From Nitrospirota bacterium (GTDB lineage: Bacteria > Nitrospirota > UBA9217): 64,000 bases of DNA. Below, piece by piece: positions 1 through 10,502 of the stretch; positions within the stretch are counted from its first letter, which is position 1; every line of letters starts with the position of its first letter. A model generated the notes under the pieces. That model saw nothing but the letters and a program-made list of their open reading frames with translations. It made no database searches and was not told the origin of the DNA. The DNA lies in contig CAVWHO010000016.1 in NCBI GenBank assembly GCA_963754875.1, positions 384,001-448,000 of the forward strand, given 5' to 3'. A program made the translations under genes and the position numbers.

Positions 1-312
1 CCCCTCGGCGCTCTGGGCCAGGACAACACCGTTTTCATCGACGATACGGCGGATCTCATCCTGAAAATCGACCGGCCGATGGTACAACAGCCCCTCTAAC
101 CGTGGTTGTTCATATCGCCAGTACTCCGGATTGGTGCTGATGAGTTCGGATACGATAGAGGCCGTGGCCTCGGCCTCGGTCTCCAGAACTGCGGATTGAT
201 GTTCGTAGGACATGATGACATAACCGAAGGGAATGGTGACCGCCAGCAATGCAGACAGCAGCAAGGCCAGTAACTTCGTCAAACGAATTGCTTTCCTGCT
301 TATCGTAGTCAT
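1..312 (-). CDS. N-terminal part of a membrane-anchored sensor/signalling protein (runs off the window)
   Basis: ATG at 312 overlaps the upstream stop (ATGA). Translation MTTISRKAIRLTKLLALLLSALLAVTIPFGYV... gives a TM helix plus an extracytoplasmic segment, and the frame stays open to position 1. Confidence 0.55.
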   Translation of the reverse strand, partial: MTTISRKAIRLTKLLALLLSALLAVTIPFGYVIMSYEHQSAVLETEAEATASIVSELISTNPEYWRYEQPRLEGLLYHRPVDFQDEIRRIVDENGVVLAQSAEG

Positions 313-1145
313 CGCGTTCTCTGCCGCACCAGATGTCCGGTCATGGTAAGGATCCTTTTGCCTTCCGGAGAAAATAAAAATTCCACGAAGCGCTGCGCTG
401 CCGGGCCGCTCCGGGGGCCGGTCACGGCGAAATAGACCTTGAAATAAGGATATGTTCCCGCAGCTAGGGAGGCGAGGCTCGGTTGTACGCCGTCCAGCGA
501 CAGCGCGCGCAACGGCCGTTTTTCCGACACAATCTGGGCGAGCGCCGCGGCGCCGAAAGCTCCTTTCACCTTTGCCAGCAGGTCGGCGTTGTCCTGGTCC
601 GTGATCGCCACAAGCATTCCCTCGCGCGAGAGGGCCTTTTCTACTCCCTTTTCCATGGCTGGCGACATTTCCTTGAGCAGGCGCATGTCCGTATCTTCCT
701 CGGGTCGGATGATCAGCCGGATCGGGGCTTGATCAGGCCATACCCCTACTTCTCCGGCATAAATTGATGCCGCCTCCTGGAGTGTGATTCTCTGCACTCT
801 TGCAGCGGCCGCAGTCACGAAAACAAAGGGCGTCCGTGCATACTCAACCTCTGAGGCGCCTTTCGCTTTCTCGCGATCCATAAGCGGGCGTGCGCTGAGT
901 GCCAGATCAAGGGAGCCCGCAAGAACGGCCCTGATGCCTCCGCCGCTGCCGAGACTCGGGATGATTTTGATTCTCATCTCCGGATGTTTTTTCTGGAAGG
1001 CTTCTGCGACGCCTTTGATGCCGCCTAATGCGCACCCCGTTCCACCGATCGTCAGAGCGGGCGCACCTTCTGCTGCGAAAAGAACACTGACAGAAAGGAA
1101 AAAAAATACACTTGACAGAAATACGCCAGCAGCTCTGCGACTCAT
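309..1145 (-). CDS. PstS-like periplasmic substrate-binding protein (PBP2 family)
   Basis: Signal peptide; GGTG, SLGSGGGI and LSARPL motifs; GTYPY near the C-terminus. Likely start at 1145. Confidence 0.8.
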   Translation of the reverse strand: MSRRAAGVFLSSVFFFLSVSVLFAAEGAPALTIGGTGCALGGIKGVAEAFQKKHPEMRIKIIPSLGSGGGIRAVLAGSLDLALSARPLMDREKAKGASEVEYARTPFVFVTAAAARVQRITLQEAASIYAGEVGVWPDQAPIRLIIRPEEDTDMRLLKEMSPAMEKGVEKALSREGMLVAITDQDNADLLAKVKGAFGAAALAQIVSEKRPLRALSLDGVQPSLASLAAGTYPYFKVYFAVTGPRSGPAAQRFVEFLFSPEGKRILTMTGHLVRQRTR

Positions 1146-1331
1146 TTTCAGCAAACGAACGGTTCCGCCCTCTCTTCCGTTGACATAAAACATGCCATAT
1201 TATGACACTTTTCGTCTCAGAGTGCAATGGCCCGGCACCGGCCAAGATAGGGTCCTCTTTTCCATGATGAGGGGAGAAAATTCAAGGCAGGCTGACTGGG
1301 CTGAGCCGAGTCATATGAGCCACTATCTATA

Positions 1332-2261
1332 TTATTTTTTTACCAGCTCTTTTACGAGCTGGAAATTTTTACTTCGCTCAATTTGCTCTTCAGGCATGTC
1401 CGGATGCCATGCAAAGAGTTGTCTGCGATGCGCTTCAAGTATTTCGTCCTCCCTGCCGAGAAAACCGGCAGCGGTAACGAGCTTTTTACCGCTCTTCTCA
1501 GCTGATGCGAAGAGTTTTTGAGTCTCTTCTTTCCAATTCGGGTCCCGAACCACGTGATGGTCCATGACGAGTATTTGCACGGATGTTTTCTCGATTAAAG
1601 CGCCGATATTCGTGAGCGACGAATTGAGATCCTCGCGGGTGAACGCCTGTCCCATCATATAAGTGAGCGGCCCATCGAGGTACAGGAGGTCCGGATTTTC
1701 CGAGTGAATGAACGACACGTGCTCAGGCCTGCTTGCGCCCTGAACGTCGGAAGTATAGAGGAAACAAAAGTCGCCTTCCGAGATGGAAACCTGCACCACC
1801 CATCCGACTTTCGTGCTCGGGCCGTGGGGAACGGCAGGAGAGAAGCGGATGCGTGTGTTGCCGAAATCGAAACTCCCGTTGTCTGCGCTTTCTACCCTGC
1901 GCGGCAGCGTCCCGAAGTTCTTGGACAAGGCGCGGGCCCGTTCGCGCTGGCTGGAGTTGATCTGCTCCTTCGGATGCTTGAGGAGAAGCACCTTGTCCCT
2001 GAACACCAGGGGTTCCGTGGGGTCAAAATGATCAAAGTGGTAATGGGTTATAATGAGAATGTCCGAGCGGGCAGCGTATTCTTTGATGGCCCGCCAGCTC
2101 TCGTTCATGGCCTTGATCTCGATCGGATGGGGCGGCAGGCCGAAGCGCATTGGCGCAAGCGACACGCCCGGGTCGATCAGGATTCTCACATCAGCGGTTT
2201 CGATAAAGGTGGCGGAGCTGCGGACACCCATCGATTCGGCGGCAAGAGGAATTACCTTCAT
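1332..2261 (-). CDS. MBL-fold metallo-hydrolase, UPF0282-like
   Basis: AAESMGVRS, IDPGVSL, THYHFDH, SDVQG and DHH motifs. Confidence 0.8.
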   Translation of the reverse strand: MKVIPLAAESMGVRSSATFIETADVRILIDPGVSLAPMRFGLPPHPIEIKAMNESWRAIKEYAARSDILIITHYHFDHFDPTEPLVFRDKVLLLKHPKEQINSSQRERARALSKNFGTLPRRVESADNGSFDFGNTRIRFSPAVPHGPSTKVGWVVQVSISEGDFCFLYTSDVQGASRPEHVSFIHSENPDLLYLDGPLTYMMGQAFTREDLNSSLTNIGALIEKTSVQILVMDHHVVRDPNWKEETQKLFASAEKSGKKLVTAAGFLGREDEILEAHRRQLFAWHPDMPEEQIERSKNFQLVKELVKK

Positions 2262-2995
2262 TGGAGTTTTTTGAGCAACTCAATGCTCCGCCCCATACCG
2301 TCCTCAGCAGCATCGAGTTCGAGAATCACCTTTACGTCGGGTCTGCGCAGCAGAAGGACTTTGAGCGCCTCGATCTCCCGGCAGCCCGGCACAAGCGGCC
2401 AGTGGTCCCTGATGCCGTAGCGCTCGGCGGCTTTGTGGTGCATGTGCGCGAACTGAATGCGCTCAACAAGCCGTTCGGGCATTTCACCGACGAAGGCAAT
2501 CGAATCGATGTCCGCGGACTCCAAATGGCCGATGTCGAGTGTGATCGAAACGTTCTTTGCCGACGGGACCACAAAGCGCTCCCAAAACCAGGTAACGTCG
2601 CCGGAATTAAACGAATTCTCGATCGAGACTGGGCAGAGACCGCTGATCTCGGCAAGATTTTTTTCAAAGGTCCGTTCCTCCTCCGTTGACAGCCTCTTAC
2701 CGTCGGTGCCGCCTTCGTCGTGGATAATGATGGCATGATCGCATGCGCCGGCCAGCCGGCGCATGACGTCGAGCGTATGCTGAGCGTGATCGTTGGCCAG
2801 CGGATATTCGAGCGGGTGAAACACGGTCCTGATGCCGCGGGCTTTGCATGCACCGGCGATCCCGATTGCCTCCGTGACCGCCTGCTCGCCCGCAGTCACT
2901 CCCCAATTTGCCGCGCGCCAGAGAGAAATCTGCGCAAACCGGAGCGGCTGCGTCCCGACATCAGCGGGACGTACTATGCGATAGCCGATTTCCAT
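2258..2995 (-). CDS. TIM-barrel sugar-phosphate isomerase/AP-endonuclease-2 family protein
   Basis: SIEN, TLDIGH, HMHH, DHWP and ILE metal-binding motifs. Confidence 0.65.
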   Translation of the reverse strand: MEIGYRIVRPADVGTQPLRFAQISLWRAANWGVTAGEQAVTEAIGIAGACKARGIRTVFHPLEYPLANDHAQHTLDVMRRLAGACDHAIIIHDEGGTDGKRLSTEEERTFEKNLAEISGLCPVSIENSFNSGDVTWFWERFVVPSAKNVSITLDIGHLESADIDSIAFVGEMPERLVERIQFAHMHHKAAERYGIRDHWPLVPGCREIEALKVLLLRRPDVKVILELDAAEDGMGRSIELLKKLQ

Positions 2996-3034
2996 ATTTC
3001 AACCTGCGGAACCTTCCCATTCCAAAGCCACAAG

Positions 3035-4675
3035 TTATTTCAAGCTTACACCATCTCCGACCCTGATCCCCGATCCCGCTGCTGTTTCAACTACCCATTG
3101 AATCGGAGCAATGGAAGGATAATACTCCAAGCTCCCCGGTTTGCAGTCTGGATATACACTCAGCACTTTTTTGTTCGGCCCGACAAAGATAATATCGATC
3201 GGGTAGGCGACGCTCCCCATCCAGAACGTCACTGCTTCGGGTTTTGGAAATACGAAGAGCGCCGCCTCATCGGGTTTCAACAGGCGGAAGCCCTGCAGTC
3301 CCCTCGTGCGTGCATCGTCGGTATTACAGAAAAGCACGATTCGATACGTCCGCGGGGCTGTATGATCGCCCCGAGTAATGGTCACCCCCGTCAATGAAGT
3401 CTGTTTCTCGGCAGCGAACGACTCCGCGCCGTGTGCAAATTTCACTTCGACGGCGAGGATCAGGATCCCGATCGCGATGGTGATCATCGTTATCAGCGCG
3501 CCGACCCGGAGATATTCCATGAACCTGATCTCGACGGTCCGCTTGGCCTGCTGGACCACGATGAGATTGGCGACCGAACCGATGAGCGTCAGGTTCCCGG
3601 CCAGCGTGCTGCTCATAGCGAGAGTAAGCCAGGCTATCCTGCTGTCGCCGAGCGATTGCGTGAGCGGCTTGAGGAGCATCACCGCAGGCACGTTGCTCAC
3701 CACGTTTGATAGGACAGTCGAAACAGCCGACAGGCCGGCGATCCGGCCGATGGGTGAAAGAGTCGTAAGGTCACCGACACTGTTGATCATAAATGCCGCA
3801 ATGCCGGAGCTCTCGACGCCGCGCATGACGATGAAGAGGCCGGAGAAGAACAGCAGCAGGGTCCAGTCCACGCCTTCGAGGACCGTCTCCGTCCTCACCC
3901 GTCCGATCAGCATGAGGGCCACGGCGCCCGATGCTGCAACGAGTGAATAGGGCTGTCCCAGCGAAAAACCGATGAGTACGCCTGCGCATACGATGAGCGT
4001 TTTGACAAGAAGCGGCTTCCGGACCTCATATTCCGGCGTGGCGGGCCTTGAAGAAAATCTATCCGCCCTCATCTCTTTTTTGTAGAGGAGCCAGATAACA
4101 GAGACGGAGACCATGAGTCCGAGGGCCGCTACCGGAAAAAGCGCCCCGAGAAACGAGAGGTAGGGGATCTTGGAAGAAATGCCGATCAGCATATTCTGCG
4201 GATTGCCGGTCACGGTCATGACGCTCCCGATGTTGGAGGCCGTTGCCAGCGCAAGCAGATAGGGCATGGGATTCACATTGAGCTGGACGGTTATCGCCAG
4301 AATGATGGGAGTATAGAGCAGGCAGATCGTGTCGTTCACGAACAGGGCGGAGAGCAGGCCCGACGACAGTGTGATAAAAATGAGGAGTTGGAGCGGAGTT
4401 TTTGAGAGCGAGAGGATCTTATCTGCCATAAGCTCGAAAAACCCTGCAATGCGGAGATACACGGTGATGATCATCATCCCGAGCAGGAGCAGAAGCGTAT
4501 GCATGTCGATGGCGGAAAAGGCCTGGTCGAGGGTTAGCACGCCGAAGACGACCATAAGCACGGCCCCCACAAGGGCGCCCGCGGGACGGTCAATGTGCAC
4601 CTGCGGGATCTGCCTGAGGCCGATAAAAATGTAGGTGATAATGAAGATAACGAGCGCGGCAATCACGGAAGGCAC
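3035..4675 (-). CDS. ArsB/NhaD (YbiR-like) anion transporter fused to a C-terminal DUF192 domain
   Basis: Many TM helices with SALFVNDT, GNPQN, SNVPA and GSVANLIV. C-terminal ~120 aa has ARTRGL...LFVF...FWM...PIDIIF...VVETAAG. Confidence 0.8.
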   Translation of the reverse strand: MPSVIAALVIFIITYIFIGLRQIPQVHIDRPAGALVGAVLMVVFGVLTLDQAFSAIDMHTLLLLLGMMIITVYLRIAGFFELMADKILSLSKTPLQLLIFITLSSGLLSALFVNDTICLLYTPIILAITVQLNVNPMPYLLALATASNIGSVMTVTGNPQNMLIGISSKIPYLSFLGALFPVAALGLMVSVSVIWLLYKKEMRADRFSSRPATPEYEVRKPLLVKTLIVCAGVLIGFSLGQPYSLVAASGAVALMLIGRVRTETVLEGVDWTLLLFFSGLFIVMRGVESSGIAAFMINSVGDLTTLSPIGRIAGLSAVSTVLSNVVSNVPAVMLLKPLTQSLGDSRIAWLTLAMSSTLAGNLTLIGSVANLIVVQQAKRTVEIRFMEYLRVGALITMITIAIGILILAVEVKFAHGAESFAAEKQTSLTGVTITRGDHTAPRTYRIVLFCNTDDARTRGLQGFRLLKPDEAALFVFPKPEAVTFWMGSVAYPIDIIFVGPNKKVLSVYPDCKPGSLEYYPSIAPIQWVVETAAGSGIRVGDGVSLK

Positions 4676-4835
4676 TTTAACATGAATGCGAGGGTAAATT
4701 CAAGCATGGGGAAGAATCAGGTTCTCACCCGAGACCCTTTTCTTACGGCGAAGTAGACAACGTGCCTTTCCCGCGCACGCCTCGGCTCATTTTTTACTCC
4801 ACCGTTTATAGTATCAGGTTATTGGCCGGTGGTAT

Positions 4836-6047
4836 CTACTTCTTCTCCTGCTGATCCATCTTCGCCTTCAGGATATCCCCGAGTGATCCCATATTCGTCG
4901 GCGCGTCCTTTGCCTGATCCTGGTATTCTTTCAACGACGTAGCCGCCTCTTCTTCCGCACGGCTGATCTCGGCCAGGGAGAGAGAAAGTTTTCTCTGGGC
5001 CGCATCAACGGCCTCCACTTTTACTTCAACGGTCTGTCCTTCTTTGACCACTTCCTTCGGGTGGTTGATCCTTTTGCCGGCCCCTAGTTTCGAAATATGA
5101 ATAAGCCCGTCCACACCCTCCTTGAGCGTAACGAATGCGCCGAATGCGGCAAGCCGCGATACAATGCCGGAATGATAAGAGCCAATCGCGAACGTGTCTG
5201 CAACCCGTTCCCACGGGTCAGGCATCGCGTCCTTGAGGCTGAACGAGAAGCGGTTCTGTTCCCAATCGAGTTTCTTGATGATCACTTCGACCGTCTGGCC
5301 CACGGAAAGGATGTCGCCCACCTTCTCGGTCCTCGTCCAGGCGATCTCGGAGATGGGCAGCAGTCCTTCAATGCCGCCGATATTGACGAAGGCGCCGAAT
5401 TTCTGGAGGGACGTGACGGTCCCCTTTACCTTCATTCCCTCTTTCAGGGTTAGCTTCAATTCGTCTACTTTGCCCTGCCGTTCTTTTTCCAGAATCGGTC
5501 TCCGGGACACGACGATGTTCCGTCCATTTTCGGCGAATTCAATGATCTTGAACGTCAGGGAGCGGCCGATGTTCTCGGACGGCTGTTCCTCCCGCCGCAA
5601 GCCCATCTGGGAATAGGGGCAGAAGGCGCGCACGCTGCCGCCGATCCTGATCTCGTATCCGCCCTTCATTTCTTTTACCACCGTACCGTCCACGGGGATC
5701 CCGTTCTTCCAGGCGTCTTCAAGCTGGCTCTGTTTGCCCGGACCTGATCCGACCTTGGTCGTAAAATGCATTTCGTTATTTCCTGAGGACACGAAGTAGG
5801 CACGGACCGTATCGCCTTCCTTGACCGTGAGCTCCCCTGCATCGTTCACCATTTCCTTCTTGTCCAGATAGCCCTCACCCTTGCCGCCGAGATCGAGGAA
5901 AATCCATTCATTAGATATCTTCACGATCTGCGCTTCAACCATCTGGCCAGGTTCGAGCTTTTCCTGCTTTTTAAAGCTCTTCTCAAAAAGCTCGGCAAAA
6001 CTTTCTTCGTTGTTTGCATCCGGTGCTGCTTGATTGTTAGTATTCAT
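4836..6047 (-). CDS. rpsA: 30S ribosomal protein S1-like protein (4 S1 domains)
   Basis: Repeated S1 motifs (FGAFV, GLLPISEI, GLIHISKL). Short form, possibly a paralogue. Confidence 0.8.
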   Translation of the reverse strand: MNTNNQAAPDANNEESFAELFEKSFKKQEKLEPGQMVEAQIVKISNEWIFLDLGGKGEGYLDKKEMVNDAGELTVKEGDTVRAYFVSSGNNEMHFTTKVGSGPGKQSQLEDAWKNGIPVDGTVVKEMKGGYEIRIGGSVRAFCPYSQMGLRREEQPSENIGRSLTFKIIEFAENGRNIVVSRRPILEKERQGKVDELKLTLKEGMKVKGTVTSLQKFGAFVNIGGIEGLLPISEIAWTRTEKVGDILSVGQTVEVIIKKLDWEQNRFSFSLKDAMPDPWERVADTFAIGSYHSGIVSRLAAFGAFVTLKEGVDGLIHISKLGAGKRINHPKEVVKEGQTVEVKVEAVDAAQRKLSLSLAEISRAEEEAATSLKEYQDQAKDAPTNMGSLGDILKAKMDQQEKK

Positions 6048-6102
6048 AAAGTCCCTTTCAATAAATAGGTAATAATCCCAGATAGACACGGGGGCAAGGT
6101 CT

Positions 6103-7497
6103 TCACCTGGACTTTCTTTTCATTTTATCCGTGCTAATGATCTTTTTTCTTTCCGACCTGTGTGCGTGCTCTGTGGCGACCGTTCCTGTTGTTCCCATCA
6201 GATCATACTCCGTTGCATCGGTGATCACGATGTCAACGAACTCTCCGGGCTCTGCTTCAGTCTCGGACAAATATACCATACCATCGATCTCCGGCGCCTG
6301 CGTCTGGAGCCTGCCGACGAGCGCCATGTCCTCCATACCGTCAACGAGGATACGCTGGGTCGAGCCGACGAGCGCGCGGTTCTTCTGGAGCGAAATCTTT
6401 GCCTGCACTTTCATGATCCTGGTGTACCTGTCCATGGCTGCCTCACGAGGCACGGTAGAGGGAAAATCGTAAGCAGCGGTCCCTTCTTCCGGGGAAAAAG
6501 TGAAGACGCCCAAATGTTCGAATTCCGCTTCTTTCACGAACGCGAGAAGCCGTTTGAACGCCGCTTCGGTCTCGCCCGGAAAACCCACAATGAGCGACGT
6601 GCGGAGCGCGATGCCGGGCACCCGTTTCCTCAGCTGCGCGATGGTCTTCCTGATGTCCTCCGACGTCCCGCGGCGGTTCATGGCCGCGAGCACTTTGTCA
6701 TCAAAATGCTGGATCGGGATATCGAGGTACTTGCAGATCTTCTCCTCCTCGGCCAGCACCGTCATCAGTTCTTTGCTGATCCTGCCGGGATAAGCGTACA
6801 TGAGCCGCACCCACCCGATGCCCCGCATACGGGCCAGCGAGGTGAGGAGCCTGGAGAGATCCCTCCCCTTGTCGTAATATGCTGTCGAATCCTGGGCCAG
6901 GAGGATCAGCTCCTTCGCGCCTTCATCCGCGAGCCGGCGCGCCTCATCGAGGATCGAGGCAGCAGGCCTGCTCGTGAAATTCCCGCGGATGATCGGGATG
7001 GCGCAATAGGAGCAGCGGTTGCTGCACCCCTCGGCGATTTTGAGGTACCGGTAATGCGCCGGCGTGGTGCTCACCCGGGGCAGGCCGTAGACCATCGTGG
7101 GCGCCGACATTTCGAGAACGTGTTCTTTCCCGCCAAGCGCCTGTTTGCAGATCTCGCTGATACGGCCGATCTCGCCCGTCCCGATAACAGCATCGGCCTC
7201 GGGGAGCTCCTGCAGCAGGTCTTCCTTGTATCGCTGTGCAAGGCAGCCGGCAATGATCACTTTGGAGCAGCGGCCCTGCGTCTTCATCTTCGCTGCATCA
7301 AGAATCGCTTCGATGGACTCTTCCTTGGCCGAATCGATGAACCCGCAGGTGTTCACCACGATGACGTCTGCTTCGTGCTGGTCAGGCGTGAGTTCAAAAC
7401 CCGAGCCTGCGAGCACGCCGAGCATCTGCTCGGCATCCACCTGGTTCTTGGGACACCCCAGGCTTATCATTCCTATTTTGTATCGCTTTTGAGTCAC
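6103..7497 (-). CDS. rimO: ribosomal protein S12 methylthiotransferase
   Basis: SLGCPKN, NTCGFI, radical-SAM CxxxCxxC (GCSNRCSYC) and a TRAM domain (APEIDG). Start position uncertain. Confidence 0.93.
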   Translation of the reverse strand: MTQKRYKIGMISLGCPKNQVDAEQMLGVLAGSGFELTPDQHEADVIVVNTCGFIDSAKEESIEAILDAAKMKTQGRCSKVIIAGCLAQRYKEDLLQELPEADAVIGTGEIGRISEICKQALGGKEHVLEMSAPTMVYGLPRVSTTPAHYRYLKIAEGCSNRCSYCAIPIIRGNFTSRPAASILDEARRLADEGAKELILLAQDSTAYYDKGRDLSRLLTSLARMRGIGWVRLMYAYPGRISKELMTVLAEEEKICKYLDIPIQHFDDKVLAAMNRRGTSEDIRKTIAQLRKRVPGIALRTSLIVGFPGETEAAFKRLLAFVKEAEFEHLGVFTFSPEEGTAAYDFPSTVPREAAMDRYTRIMKVQAKISLQKNRALVGSTQRILVDGMEDMALVGRLQTQAPEIDGMVYLSETEAEPGEFVDIVITDATEYDLMGTTGTVATEHAHRSERKKIISTDKMKRKSR

Positions 7498-7607
7498 TGG
7501 TTTTATCGTGGAATAAACGTCCGCGCAGGAAGTGAACGAAAACGGCAGGCACATGGGCTGCAGGAACACTATACCACATCGGATTGCTTACAAACAACGA
7601 AAAACAG

Positions 7608-8066
7608 CTAAAACCCGCCGGACATGGCAAGGAAGCCCGCCATCTTCTCATTCGTCTCCCGCAAACGCTTTGAAAGCGTTTTCGTAAACGCCCAGAGGAG
7701 CTTGTAGCCGAGTTCCCGGTCCATGATCAGGATCTTGTCCAGGTCGGTCTTGCTGATGGCAAGGAGCGCGACGTCGGTATTGGCGATGGCATGGGCCGAA
7801 CGCGGGAAATTGTCGATCAACGCCATCTCGCCGAAGTAATCACCCGGCTTCAAAACGGCGAGCGCTTCTTCTCCGATATTCGGTATGAACTTACTGATCC
7901 GCACATCGCCGTTCGTGATCACATAACAGCGATCGCCCGGATCTCCTTCCTTAAAGATCGGGGTATCCTTGGCAAAGGCCTCGATGCGGGAGATCTTCTC
8001 GATCTTCTCCAGCTCATTGACCGAGAGCGCGTCGAACAGATTGACTTTTTTGAGAAATTCAAGCAT
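7608..8066 (-). CDS. stand-alone cyclic nucleotide-binding (Crp/Fnr N-terminal) protein
   Basis: IFKEGDPGD...GDYFGEMALID.FPRSA. RBS GGGAGG precedes the ATG at 8066. Confidence 0.85.
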   Translation of the reverse strand: MLEFLKKVNLFDALSVNELEKIEKISRIEAFAKDTPIFKEGDPGDRCYVITNGDVRISKFIPNIGEEALAVLKPGDYFGEMALIDNFPRSAHAIANTDVALLAISKTDLDKILIMDRELGYKLLWAFTKTLSKRLRETNEKMAGFLAMSGGF

Positions 8067-8076
8067 GCTGCCTCCC

Positions 8077-8451
8077 TCACACGTGCGTACGGTCCATCTC
8101 GAAGGCGTTCTGGATGAGTTCAAGCTCTTTTTCAGCGGCAGCGCTGATCGCCACCACATCGAACCGGCAGGGGACCTGGTGGAGCTTTTTGTGCTTAATG
8201 TAGCCGAGGGCGGCCTTGACCATTCTCCGCTGTTTGGACGGTGTGACCGCCAGTTCCGGCGCGCCGAAGGCGTTGTTCGTCCTGGTCTTGACCTCCACGA
8301 ACACGACCTCACCCTGGTGCAGGGCAATGAGGTCGATCTCGCCGCTGCGGGTCCGGTAGTTCCGCTCCAGGATCTTGTATCCCTGCTTCAACAAAAATTG
8401 CGCGGCCCGGTCTTCGCCTTCTTTGCCGATAAGTTTTCGGAGGAGGCTCAT
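8077..8451 (-). CDS. yraN: YraN family (UPF0102) protein
   Basis: GEIDLIA, FVEVKTR and RFDVV motifs. Confidence 0.92.
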   Translation of the reverse strand: MSLLRKLIGKEGEDRAAQFLLKQGYKILERNYRTRSGEIDLIALHQGEVVFVEVKTRTNNAFGAPELAVTPSKQRRMVKAALGYIKHKKLHQVPCRFDVVAISAAAEKELELIQNAFEMDRTHV

Positions 8452-9140
8452 GGTCGGTCTCTTCCGAGCATCCGGGCCACGGGATTGAACGACTTCCGGT
8501 GTGCGTCGCAGGGCCCATGCTTGCGGAGCGCATCGAGATGTTCCCGGGTCCCATATCCTTTATGTTTCCCGAAATTGTACTGGGGATACCGGTCATGCAA
8601 CTCAAGCATCATCCGGTCCCGCGTAACCTTGGCGAGGATCGAAGCCGCCGCGATGCTGTGACTGCGGTAATCGCCTTTGATCAGTGGTTTCTGGGGAATC
8701 GGGACGCGTGGAAGAGTGATCGCATCAAGGAGAAGGTAGTCCGGTTGCGGATGGAGCGCTTCGAGCGCCCGCTCCATGGCAACGATCGTGGCCTGGTAGA
8801 TATTGACATCGTCAATGGTCCGTTCGTCGGCAATTCCAATGCCGTAGCATACTGCCTGCTCACGGACCACGTCGAAAAGCCTGTCCCGTTCCTTTTCGGA
8901 AACCTGCTTGGAGTCAGTAAGGCCGGGGATCAGCAGCCCGTCGGGAAGCACCACTGCAGCGGCAACGACAGGCCCGGCCAGCGGTCCCCTTCCCGCCTCG
9001 TCAAGGCCGGCGATACGGGCGTATCCTGCTTTGCGTGCGCTCCGCTCGAAAGACCAGGGATCGCATACCAGCTCGCCGTGGAAAAGATCGTCGTTCCGGT
9101 CTGGAGGAGAATTCCCGGTGCGGGGCCGGCCACGAGGCAT
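8448..9140 (-). CDS. rnhB: ribonuclease HII
   Basis: GLDEAGRGPLAGPVVAAA, DSK, IAAASILAKVTRD and HKGYGT motifs. Confidence 0.96.
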   Translation of the reverse strand: MPRGRPRTGNSPPDRNDDLFHGELVCDPWSFERSARKAGYARIAGLDEAGRGPLAGPVVAAAVVLPDGLLIPGLTDSKQVSEKERDRLFDVVREQAVCYGIGIADERTIDDVNIYQATIVAMERALEALHPQPDYLLLDAITLPRVPIPQKPLIKGDYRSHSIAAASILAKVTRDRMMLELHDRYPQYNFGKHKGYGTREHLDALRKHGPCDAHRKSFNPVARMLGRDRP

Positions 9141-9177
9141 AAAGACCTCTTTCGAAGGGTATGCGAATTTACAAATA

Positions 9178-9227
9178 CGAAATCCTAAACAGGGACGGTT
9201 TCAACCGCACCCATGTTTAGGATTTCG
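9178..9227. repeat. intergenic palindrome (14-bp perfect inverted repeat)
   Basis: CGAAATCCTAAACA (9178-9191) and TGTTTAGGATTTCG (9214-9227). Confidence 0.7.
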
Positions 9228-9251
9228 AGATTCGTGCTTCGAGCTTGAAGA

Positions 9252-9647
9252 CTACTTCTGCTCTGCGGCTTCGGGCTCAGTTGCTCCCGCCACCGCTGCG
9301 TATACGCGCTCTTTTTCCTTGATCCTGGCGGCCTTGCCGCGCAGCTCACGGAGGAAGTAAAGCTTGGCCCTGCGGACCTTGCCTTCCTTGGCGATCTCGA
9401 TCTTGTCGATCATCGGGGAATGGACCGGGAAGAGCCGCTCGACTCCTACGCCGTAGGACAGTTTACGGACGCGGATGATCTCGCGGGCGCCAGCACCCTG
9501 ACGGCCGATGACCAGCCCCTCGAATACCTGGATCCTTTCCTTGTCGCCTTCCACAACCTTGGCATGAACGCGGATGGTGTCACCCACGCGGAAGCTCGGT
9601 ATCCCTTCTTTCAACTGGGCCTTTTCCAAAGACTGAACGATATTCAT
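9252..9647 (-). CDS. rplS: 50S ribosomal protein L19
   Basis: [22 protein letters not shown] and RRAKLYFLR motifs. Confidence 0.98.
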   Translation of the reverse strand: MNIVQSLEKAQLKEGIPSFRVGDTIRVHAKVVEGDKERIQVFEGLVIGRQGAGAREIIRVRKLSYGVGVERLFPVHSPMIDKIEIAKEGKVRRAKLYFLRELRGKAARIKEKERVYAAVAGATEPEAAEQK

Positions 9648-9718
9648 TGCAACCCTCCCTTAAACGATCATTGCGGCATGCGCATCTCAGATGTATGCCG
9701 TCCCGCATTCTGCCTTAC

Positions 9719-10502
9719 TTAGTATGTATCCGCCTCTTTTTTCAGTTCAGCCAGTATTTTTCGATCTTCCTTGCGTCAGATCCGCACTTTCCAGAAGATC
9801 CGGTCTTTTCAAGAACGTGGCCTTGAGCGCTTCGCGCCGCCGCCATTTATCGATTTCCGCATGATTGCCCGAGAGCAACACGTCCGGGACCTTCATCCCG
9901 CGGAACTCAGCCGGCCTTGTATAGTGCGGGTGATCGAGAAGACCGTCACCGAAGGAATCGCGGTATGCCGATTCTTCATCGCCGAGCACTCCCGGCAGGA
10001 GCCTCGTCGCTGCATCGATCACCACGAGGGCAGCCAGCTCTCCGCCTGTCAGCACATAATCGCCGATCGACAGCTCTTCATCGACCAGCGCGTCGATGAC
10101 ACGCTCGTCGATTGCCTCATAGTGGCCGCAGAGCAGAACGATCCGTCGTTTTTCTTCGGAAAGCCGCTCCGCCCTTTGCTGGTTCAGGACCCTGCCTTGG
10201 GGCGAGAGCAGGATCGTCAGAAATTGTTCACCGGGATACGCAATCTTCATCGCTTCGAAGGCCTTGAAGATCGGCTCCGGTTTAAGTACCATGCCGGCGC
10301 CGCCGCCATAAGGGCTGTCGTCAGCGGTCTTATGCTTGTCTTCGGTAAAGTCCCGAATGTCCCTGATAGTTACGTTCAGAAGTCCTTTTTCCCGCCCCCG
10401 TTTGAGGATACTTTCGTTCAGCGGTCCCTCAAGGATTCCCGGGAACAGGGTGAGCACCTCAAAGTTCAATCTGCGCATGGCCGGAACCGGTTCTTGCTTC
10501 AT
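9719..10502 (-). CDS. trmD: tRNA (guanine-N1)-methyltransferase; apparent +1 base near 9775 truncates the last residues
   Basis: PYGGGAGMVLK, SIGDYVLTGGE and YTRP motifs. Removing one base gives the C-terminus ...EDRKILAELKKEADTY* with the stop at 9719-9721. Confidence 0.95.
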
